Assembly (NCBI GenBank): GCA_947628265.1
Contig: CANQZF010000001.1
Location: 1-29,561 of the forward strand
Length of the DNA: 29,561 nt
Source: an uncultured Oscillospiraceae bacterium
GTDB taxonomy: Bacteria > Bacillota > Clostridia > Oscillospirales > Oscillospiraceae
Reading direction: 5' to 3'
Both the position numbers and the translations under genes were made by a program. Under the pieces are notes generated by a model. The model did no database searches. It saw only the letters and a program-made list of their open reading frames with translations, and had not been told where the DNA came from. This document shows, one piece after another, positions 1-6,609 of this stretch. Positions within the stretch are counted from its first letter, which is position 1, and each line of letters opens with the position of its first letter.

Positions 1-1
1 T

Positions 2-77
2 GCTGGTGTAGCTCAGCTGGTAGAGCAGCTGATTTGTAATCAGCAGGTCGGGGGTTCGAATCCGTCCACCAGCTCCA
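2..77 (+). tRNA. tRNA-Thr (anticodon UGU)
   Basis: Cloverleaf: acceptor GCTGGTG paired with CACCAGC, anticodon arm GCTGA-TT TGT AA-TCAGC, T-arm GGTTCGAATCC, encoded CCA end at 75-77. Confidence 0.97.
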
Positions 78-88
78 AAATTGCATAC

Positions 89-173
89 GGAGGAGTTCCC
101 GAGTGGCCAAAGGGGACAGACTGTAAATCTGCTGGCGATGCCTTCGGTGGTTCGAATCCACCCTCCTCCACCA
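89..173 (+). tRNA. tRNA-Tyr (anticodon GUA)
   Basis: GGAGGAG acceptor paired with CTCCTCC, anticodon arm CAGA-CT GTA AA-TCTG, long variable arm, GGTTCGAATCC T-loop, encoded CCA. Confidence 0.97.
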
Positions 174-175
174 CG

Positions 176-209
176 AAAGAGCCGATTTTGGTAACAAAAT
201 CGGCTCTTT
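176..209 (+). terminator. Rho-independent terminator after the tRNA pair
   Basis: Perfect 15-bp inverted repeat AAAGAGCCGATTTTG-gtaa-CAAAATCGGCTCTTT starting 3 nt after the tRNA-Tyr CCA. Confidence 0.8.
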
Positions 210-284
210 GTGTATTTCTGGAACTTCGCGGATGGAGGAATCAGCTGTCCGAATCGTCTATATCGCGTTTTCGCCGTTTCTCCG

Positions 285-304
285 TTCTGACCCACTTCTG
301 ACCC
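285..304 (+). repeat. Tandem 9-bp direct repeat TTCTGACCC, candidate integrase arm-type binding sites
   Basis: TTCTGACCC at 285-293 and 296-304 (11-bp period) between the tRNA and the integrase 3' end, where arm sites of an att junction are expected. Confidence 0.5.
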
Positions 305-340
305 CAACGGGATTTCGGAGCGGAAAGGACGGGATAGCAT

Positions 341-375
341 AAGGCCGTGGGATTTTCCGTCCCACGGCCTTTTTT
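341..375. terminator. Hairpin terminator downstream of the integrase
   Basis: AAGGCCGTGGGA (341-352) / TCCCACGGCCTT (360-371) inverted repeat with a T-run, ending about 24 nt from the integrase stop. Confidence 0.7.
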
Positions 376-398
376 AGTTATGGCGGGGTAGATTTTAC

Positions 399-1547
399 TC
401 ATACGCTCGCCCTGATCAGCTTGCCCATCGTGGCCGCGGCTTCCTCCTGCATCTTTGTGGTGACGTGGGTGTAGGTGCGGAGGGTGAAACCGGCGTCGTA
501 GTGGCCGAGGATACTGGAGACGGTTTTCACATCCACGCCGTTTTGGAGAGCCAGAGTTGCAAAAGTGTGGCGGAGGTCGTGCAGACGGATGTGTGGGAGT
601 CCCGCTGATTTGAGGATTTTGTTGTGGATGGCAGTGACGGAATCGGGGTAGTACATGCCCAGCGTCTTCGGGGAAGGGAACATGATCTCAAGCTCCGGGT
701 GCTTCTCATGCTCCCGTTTCAGGATGTCGACGGTTTCCTGGGATAGGGAGATTCTGCGGATAGACGTTTCCGTTTTCGGACGTGTGACCTTCACCCCTCC
801 GCCTTTGATGCCGACGGCCTGTTTGCAGACGTTCAGGGTCATGGTCTTTTCATCGAGGTCAGACCAGAGGAGGGCGACGAGTTCGCTTTTTCTGAGTCCG
901 GTGGTCAACTCCAGAAAGAACATCGCCAGAACGCCCCGTTTATCCGCTTCCTTGAGGTAGGCGCTGATGTCCTCGGGATGCAGGATGTGCATCTCCTTCT
1001 TCTCCAGCTTCGGCACGATGCAGTCCTCGGTCGGATTCCGCAGGATCAGCCGCTCCTTCACCGCCCGGTCCAGGCAGTTGTGAAGCATCATGTGGAGCCC
1101 GCGGACGTAGCTTGCACTCATGCTTGTGTCCCCGTCCGCCTTCTTCCTGATCCGCCCCTTTGCCTTAACGTCGTTGTACATCTTCTGTATGTCCCGCCCG
1201 GTGAGCTTTGCGAGTTTAATGCTCCCAATCCTCGGCACGACATGGTGCTCGATGTAGTCCTCGTAGGACCGCTGCGTACTCTCTCGGACGTGCGGCTTTG
1301 AGTAGGTTTCATACCATGTCTTAACCCACGCCCCGACGGTATATTCCTCGGCTCTCTCGATGTCAACCTCCGCGCACTCCCCGATGGCCCTCTTCAGCTT
1401 CTCCTTGACCTCCGCCTGTGTCCTGCCGAGTACGTTCTTCCGAATCGCCTTCCCGTTCTCGTTATGTCCAGCAACGTACCGTCCTTCCCAACGCCCATCC
1501 GGCCTCTTGCGTATATTCCCCTCGCCATTCGCTCTGCGTTTACTCAT
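399..1547 (-). CDS. Tyrosine recombinase/integrase (phage/ICE type, 382 aa)
   Basis: N-terminal KRRANGEGNIRKRPDGRWEGR arm-binding motif; catalytic residues in GLRKSE, PKT, RLHDLRH, LGH, TLRTYTH. Start moved to ATG 1547 behind an AAGGAG RBS. Confidence 0.95.
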   Translation of the reverse strand: MSKRRANGEGNIRKRPDGRWEGRYVAGHNENGKAIRKNVLGRTQAEVKEKLKRAIGECAEVDIERAEEYTVGAWVKTWYETYSKPHVRESTQRSYEDYIEHHVVPRIGSIKLAKLTGRDIQKMYNDVKAKGRIRKKADGDTSMSASYVRGLHMMLHNCLDRAVKERLILRNPTEDCIVPKLEKKEMHILHPEDISAYLKEADKRGVLAMFFLELTTGLRKSELVALLWSDLDEKTMTLNVCKQAVGIKGGGVKVTRPKTETSIRRISLSQETVDILKREHEKHPELEIMFPSPKTLGMYYPDSVTAIHNKILKSAGLPHIRLHDLRHTFATLALQNGVDVKTVSSILGHYDAGFTLRTYTHVTTKMQEEAAATMGKLIRASV

Positions 1548-2153
1548 GCTGCGCGTCTCCTTTCCGCCTTTCGGCAAACACACAACATACCATCTTCCGC
1601 GCGAAATAGCCAGGGCAAAATTGTGTACAAACGGATAACTTTTCTCCCTCAGTGGGTCCGGGCTGCCGCCCGGAAAAAGCGCCCGACCGACAAAGTCGGA
1701 CCGGCGCTCTGCTTGCCTCTCCCAAACGGGAGAGTATCCTCCCCACGCTCATGACCACCTCATGACGGAGGCGTTTTCCTTAGAATCACTGCCAAAACCG
1801 CCCACACCGACCCCCTAAAGCTGGCCTCGCCCCAAAAACCGACCACCTACTCGGAACTCAGAAAAACCCCGCCCTGCGGGGCTTTGTGCCCGGACCGCGC
1901 CGCCAAACGGTGCGGTACTTTATCTTGTTCAAAAATCGAACGGCCTTTTTTGCCCGAAAAAGGGCCGGAAATACGCTTCAGTGTTGCCTTCTCGGAGCTT
2001 GAGAATTATGTGTAGAGAAGAAAGTCCGTTCCCCTCACAATTGCCCAACACGGCGTTTTGCTACTTGGGAGGTGTACTCGTCCTATCCTCTGCCCTAAAA
2101 CCGCACACGGGGGCAACAACGGGGCCGCGGCGCTGGGTGGGATCGAATTACCG

Positions 2154-2182
2154 TGGACTTTTTCAAGCGCACATGGTATACT
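2154..2182 (+). promoter_or_regulatory. Sigma-A-type promoter of the MBL-fold gene
   Basis: TGGACT (2154-2159), 17 nt, TATACT (2177-2182), with an extended -10 TG; about 55 nt upstream of the ATG. Confidence 0.6.
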
Positions 2183-2236
2183 TTTCTTGGCAACCAATGA
2201 TTCTGCAACTTGTGGCTTGATTGAGGGCGGGTTTTT

Positions 2237-3001
2237 ATGGGTACTTGGTTTACGGTAGAGGCAATCGACAGCGATACATTTTCAATCAGCGAGTATAAGC
2301 ACTGGGAGGAGACGCACTGCTACCTGGTCTGCGGTACGGATAGAGCGCTCCTAATCGATACGGGATTGGGCGTTGGGAATATCAGGGAGGCGGTTGACGG
2401 CCTCACGGACCTCCCGGTGACCGTGGCCACGACCCACGTCCATTGGGACCACATCGGAGGGCACAGATATTTCGACAGAATCGCCGTGCACGAGGCCGAG
2501 AAGGATTGGCTGGCGGTGCGGTTCCCCATCCCGTTGGAGGTGGTCAAGCACAACCTGACTTGCCATCCGTGCGATTTCCCGGAGGACTTTGTTCTTGATG
2601 ATTACCGGCTGTTCCAGGGGACACCGCAGGAGCTCCTGCGGGACGGCGATCGTCTGCCCTTGGGGGACAGGACACTCACGGTGATCCACACGCCCGGACA
2701 CTCCCCCGGACATTGCTGCTTTTATGAGTCTAAGCGCAAATATCTGTTTTCCGGCGACTTGATCTACCGGGGCTGCCTGGACGCCTTTTATCCGACTACG
2801 GACCCGCAACTGTTCTGGCAGTCTGTCAGGACGATGCAGGATTTGGAAATCGCCCGCATCTTCCCCGGCCACCACGAGCTCTCTGTCCCGGTCAACATTG
2901 TGGGTAGGATCGAAAAGGCATTTCGGGAGCTATCCCAGGAGAGAAAGCTGAGACAGGGCGGCGGCGTATTTCAGTACGGAGACTTTCAAATCCATATTTG
3001 A
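2237..3001 (+). CDS. MBL-fold metallo-hydrolase (254 aa)
   Basis: HVHWDH (HxHxDH) motif plus HTPGHSPG, FSGD and FPGHH metal ligands; LLIDTG strand. Substrate unknown. Confidence 0.92.
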   Translation: MGTWFTVEAIDSDTFSISEYKHWEETHCYLVCGTDRALLIDTGLGVGNIREAVDGLTDLPVTVATTHVHWDHIGGHRYFDRIAVHEAEKDWLAVRFPIPLEVVKHNLTCHPCDFPEDFVLDDYRLFQGTPQELLRDGDRLPLGDRTLTVIHTPGHSPGHCCFYESKRKYLFSGDLIYRGCLDAFYPTTDPQLFWQSVRTMQDLEIARIFPGHHELSVPVNIVGRIEKAFRELSQERKLRQGGGVFQYGDFQIHI

Positions 3002-3110
3002 GAGGGTTTTATATTTGTTGCCTTTTTGACGGCTGTGGCCTAATCTGTGTGATACGCCTCGGTGTGTAGGGACGGCTTGCCACGGATGATCAGCATTTCC
3101 CCCCGTATAC

Positions 3111-3146
3111 ACGCCACTACGCCGGAGGAATCCGGCGTAGTGGCGT
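3111..3146. terminator. Hairpin between the convergent MBL and SLH genes
   Basis: Perfect 16-bp inverted repeat ACGCCACTACGCCGGA-ggaa-TCCGGCGTAGTGGCGT, 7 nt from the SLH gene stop. Confidence 0.75.
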
Positions 3147-3152
3147 AATTTA

Positions 3153-6100
3153 TTACGATAACGATATAAGAAGATTATAAATTCTTTGGGTGAGGGCGGC
3201 AAATTCGCTGCGAGTGGTGTAGCGCAGGGGCGCCATGTACATATCGCCGATGCCCATGAAGATCTTCAGCTTGTAGAGGGCCTGGAAGGCGTTCAGCGAG
3301 TCCTCCGTCATCTCGTCAGCGTCGCCGAAAACATAGGGTTCAGCCGGAGCGCTCACGTCAACGCCCATGCTCTGGAGGAATTTGACGAGCATGATCGCCA
3401 TATCCGCGCGGGAGCTGGCCGCCTCCTCCGTGAACTCCCCGTCAGGCAAAAGCCCGGCCTGCTTGGCCCAGATCACGGCGGGGGTGTACCATCTGCCATC
3501 AGGAATGCCGGGATAGCTGACGCCCTCGTACCGGGTGAGGTCAACGCCCTGCATCCTGGCCAGGACCGCCGCGATTACCGCCTGGGAGACAGGGGTGTCC
3601 GGGTCGAACTGAGTATCCGAGATGCCCACCATCCATCTGTGCTCATAGGCCCATTTTACCTCCTCGTAGTCCCAATCCCCCACCAGGACATCGGTAAAGG
3701 GAAGGCCGCCGTTCCACTCCTCCTCGGGCTCCGAGGTCTCCGGCGTATGGGACGAGCCGGGGTTGGAGCTTCCGCCTGAACCGCCGGAGGTAATATTGAT
3801 GGTGAAGTTCTGGGCGGCTCGCTTCACGGGCTCCTTGGGCTCCTCATTGACGGTGGTGCCGTCGGTGCGGAACTCCGCGGCGATGGTGTGGGAATTGCCG
3901 TCGTTGACGCCTTCGATGGTCTCGTCAAATAACGTGATGATCGTGCTGCCGGACCTGGAGGAATAATCCTTCCCCTCTTCCAACCGTTTGCCGTCCAGGT
4001 AGAACGCTACGAACTGGCCATAGGTGCCTTCACTGGAGAAGGTCTGATCTCCCGCTTGAGTGAGCTCAAAATGGTATTCGCCGGATTTCGTGCCCACATA
4101 CTGTATGACATCATAATTGGCATCCGTTTTGTTCCAGACCGTCTCATCGGTGTTGTCATCTACGTTCAAAACGAATGGCTTGCTGTCAAGGACGACTTTC
4201 CCGCTCTGGGCGCTGTCGTAAACAAGGTTAACGGTAAAGCTGTACTCTCCGCTATTGCCCACCGGGACGCCGTAAAGGGCGCCTCCGGGCGAGAGCGTGA
4301 TGCCCGCCGGGAGTACGCTGTCACGGGCGAGCTCAAATCTGACCGGGGTCTTGCTGACGTTATTGGACTGGATCATGACGCCGTAGGGGACCCATTTTAC
4401 CGCGTGCTGGTCGGACAGGGTCTCCGTGACGATGCTGGGCGTACCGGCGACACCGGTGATCTTGACCTTTACTTCCTTTTCTCCGGCCTTGATGACAAGA
4501 ATGCCGTCAATCACGCCGTGATTGATCCTCCCGTCCGCGTCGTAGGTCGGGACGAGCCGGACCTTTCCGATATTGCCGAGGACTCCATAAGTAAGATTAT
4601 TTCCATCATGAACAGAGTCAAACGCACCAAGCTCCGCACCCTCTACCACGGTCCAATAGTCGTCGATAGCCACGTTCTGGGGGGTGCCCTCCCACGAAAC
4701 GGAAATACCCGTCAGCGTCGTGTTCCCGATGTTGGCGAACATGATGTCGTAATACGTCTCGCTGCGCTCAAGGTCCCCCAGATGGACTTCACGGCCAGGA
4801 ATGTTGAGCGTCTTGTCATAATTGTTGTCCTGCACATTTTCACCCAGAACGTAAAGCTCTGCTTCTGTCTTCTGGGCGATAAAGGTGACATAGTAGTTGG
4901 TCGTGTCTCCGTTTTCCGCTTGCACGGTTATGAGCTTGGGTACGCCCGGATCAAATTTGAGCGGGGATTCTCCACTTGTCCGCACCTCCGCCGCGCCATT
5001 TTCGTCAGCCCATGAGACCTTTGCGACACTTGCCGCACTCCAGGTGGGATAAATATATCCGCTTGAGTTGGCCTTTATATTATCCTCCGTTTCAAGGATG
5101 AAGACTGTCTGGTATATGTCTTTCATGGTGTCGGTCTGCTGATCGACATAGGAGGAGAAAATTTGATAATCAGTCCCACCTTCACGCTGTACTTTCGTTT
5201 TCACACCAGTAAGCTTGAAGGAGGTACTGCTTGAAGGTATCCGCTCGGACTCAACATACGGGGTCACCTGGATTTTGAAACGGGAAATCTCATCATTATT
5301 ATCAATGATCGTGAAGAAAATGCCCTCGCCAAATCCTGTGCTTTTATAGCCGTCGCCGAAAAGCTGATCTTTAATATCCGGTTGCCCAGCTGCTTTCTCC
5401 GCCGATTCATACAGTCCAACATAAGCGGCCTTTATATTACCCCTACCATTATTCACGTTGTTATTTTCCAGAAATTCGGGATCGCGCGCGGACATCGTGA
5501 GGGTAAACTCGTCGCTGGTTCGCATACCCTCTTCGAGCATATAAGTATATGAATCATATGGCATGTTGGAATTACTAACACGCTTACTATCTGACAACGA
5601 GAAGGAGGATATACTATCCTTTTTTAGACTAGCGCTTACAGAAATTCCTTCAGACCCCAAATAAACATAGAAACATTTGACACAGTCGTTTCCACGATTA
5701 TTCTTATAAAAAGCTGTAAAATACTTAGAGGACCAAGAATAATCAAACATGGCCGTATAAGTGTTGTCCGCTAACCGCTCTGAATCGATTCCCTCTTTGG
5801 TGGAATGCGTTCCCTCATATATTTCCAATTCAGAAAATCCATTTAGCGAAGTCTTGAAATCCATTTTCAGACTTATCTTTTTCCCTCTGCAGGAACGAGG
5901 GATGTAAATGCTATAGCGCTCAATATCTGTATTTGTCGTTTCGTCGAGGGTATCCATCCTTTCATATTTGCTGAGTATCTTGACTGCTTGGTTATTCTCT
6001 CCCTCAGTTACGCTGAAATCAATGATCATGTTTTCCTGGGGCAGAAGAGCCTTGACCACATATCTCTTGTTGCTTGCGTCAAGCTGATTATCCGCATTCT

Positions 6101-6608
6101 CTCCCACAATCAGCAACATATAGACACAGGCCGGATCGTTGGTGTAGAAACATTTTAAATCATAGTACTCGTCATACGATATTAAATTATTGTGATATAG
6201 ATTCTCAATCTCAGTGACGGAGTATCCCGCAGTCAGATCAATGTTTTCCCGGGCATCGGTCAGCTTATAATTGTCGCTCTCCGCATCAATATCGTACCTG
6301 TAGTAACGCTTGATCCACGCCACTTTGCTGTTCTCAGCATCGACCTGTTTGTCCTGCTTTTGAAGTTCGACCAGCTTGGCGTTCAGCCTTTCCAGAATGG
6401 TTTTCACGGGCACCTGGTCGAGCTTGTCCGGATCCTGGTCTGTGAGATCGATCTCGATTGGAGCATACCTGCTTCCAACTTCCTCCAGCGGCTGGAGAGA
6501 CATGGGGGCGATGCCTGTGTCACCGTCGTCCGCCAGGGCCGCGGGCAGTACGGAGGCCAGCATCAGCAGAGCCAGCAGTACAGCCACATGCTTTTTGAAT
6601 TTCTTCAT
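3153..6608 (-). CDS. Secreted SLH-domain surface protein with Ig/cadherin-like domains (1151 aa)
   Basis: Signal peptide MKKFKKHVAVLLALLMLASVLPAALA; beta-rich body with a cadherin-like ITVQAENGDTTNYYVTF segment and an Ig-like LPAGITLSPGGALYGVP segment; Gly/Ser/Pro linker; C-terminal SLH repeats (PFTDV, FDPDTPVSQA, SSRADMA, TTRSEFA). Confidence 0.9.
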   Translation of the reverse strand: MKKFKKHVAVLLALLMLASVLPAALADDGDTGIAPMSLQPLEEVGSRYAPIEIDLTDQDPDKLDQVPVKTILERLNAKLVELQKQDKQVDAENSKVAWIKRYYRYDIDAESDNYKLTDARENIDLTAGYSVTEIENLYHNNLISYDEYYDLKCFYTNDPACVYMLLIVGENADNQLDASNKRYVVKALLPQENMIIDFSVTEGENNQAVKILSKYERMDTLDETTNTDIERYSIYIPRSCRGKKISLKMDFKTSLNGFSELEIYEGTHSTKEGIDSERLADNTYTAMFDYSWSSKYFTAFYKNNRGNDCVKCFYVYLGSEGISVSASLKKDSISSFSLSDSKRVSNSNMPYDSYTYMLEEGMRTSDEFTLTMSARDPEFLENNNVNNGRGNIKAAYVGLYESAEKAAGQPDIKDQLFGDGYKSTGFGEGIFFTIIDNNDEISRFKIQVTPYVESERIPSSSTSFKLTGVKTKVQREGGTDYQIFSSYVDQQTDTMKDIYQTVFILETEDNIKANSSGYIYPTWSAASVAKVSWADENGAAEVRTSGESPLKFDPGVPKLITVQAENGDTTNYYVTFIAQKTEAELYVLGENVQDNNYDKTLNIPGREVHLGDLERSETYYDIMFANIGNTTLTGISVSWEGTPQNVAIDDYWTVVEGAELGAFDSVHDGNNLTYGVLGNIGKVRLVPTYDADGRINHGVIDGILVIKAGEKEVKVKITGVAGTPSIVTETLSDQHAVKWVPYGVMIQSNNVSKTPVRFELARDSVLPAGITLSPGGALYGVPVGNSGEYSFTVNLVYDSAQSGKVVLDSKPFVLNVDDNTDETVWNKTDANYDVIQYVGTKSGEYHFELTQAGDQTFSSEGTYGQFVAFYLDGKRLEEGKDYSSRSGSTIITLFDETIEGVNDGNSHTIAAEFRTDGTTVNEEPKEPVKRAAQNFTINITSGGSGGSSNPGSSHTPETSEPEEEWNGGLPFTDVLVGDWDYEEVKWAYEHRWMVGISDTQFDPDTPVSQAVIAAVLARMQGVDLTRYEGVSYPGIPDGRWYTPAVIWAKQAGLLPDGEFTEEAASSRADMAIMLVKFLQSMGVDVSAPAEPYVFGDADEMTEDSLNAFQALYKLKIFMGIGDMYMAPLRYTTRSEFAALTQRIYNLLISLS

Positions 6609-6609
6609 G

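Noticed and set aside
1-173. tRNA-Thr/Tyr plus tuf as a split thrU-tyrU-glyT-thrT-tufB operon
   Set aside because: tuf is on the opposite strand, converging on the tRNAs, so they are not one interrupted operon.
130-175. Search for a second att copy of the tRNA-Tyr 3' end
   Set aside because: Only short chance matches were found, such as TCCACCACG at about 24230 inside the helicase CDS; not credible as an att site.
1740-1756. CCCCACGCT, resembling the left arm of the ICEBs1/Tn916 oriT
   Set aside because: The AACAGGGGG half and the hairpin are missing, and there is no MOBT relaxase in the window.
2237-3001. MBL protein as an antibiotic resistance gene or as part of an MBL-protease defence system
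   Set aside because: The motifs are generic for the fold, and it lies 24 kb from the protease with no STAND ATPase.
2219-3021. Loosely similar TTGAG..GGGTTTT.AT sequences at both ends of the MBL gene, suggesting a cassette
   Set aside because: The similarity is too short and degenerate, and the first copy is simply the RBS.
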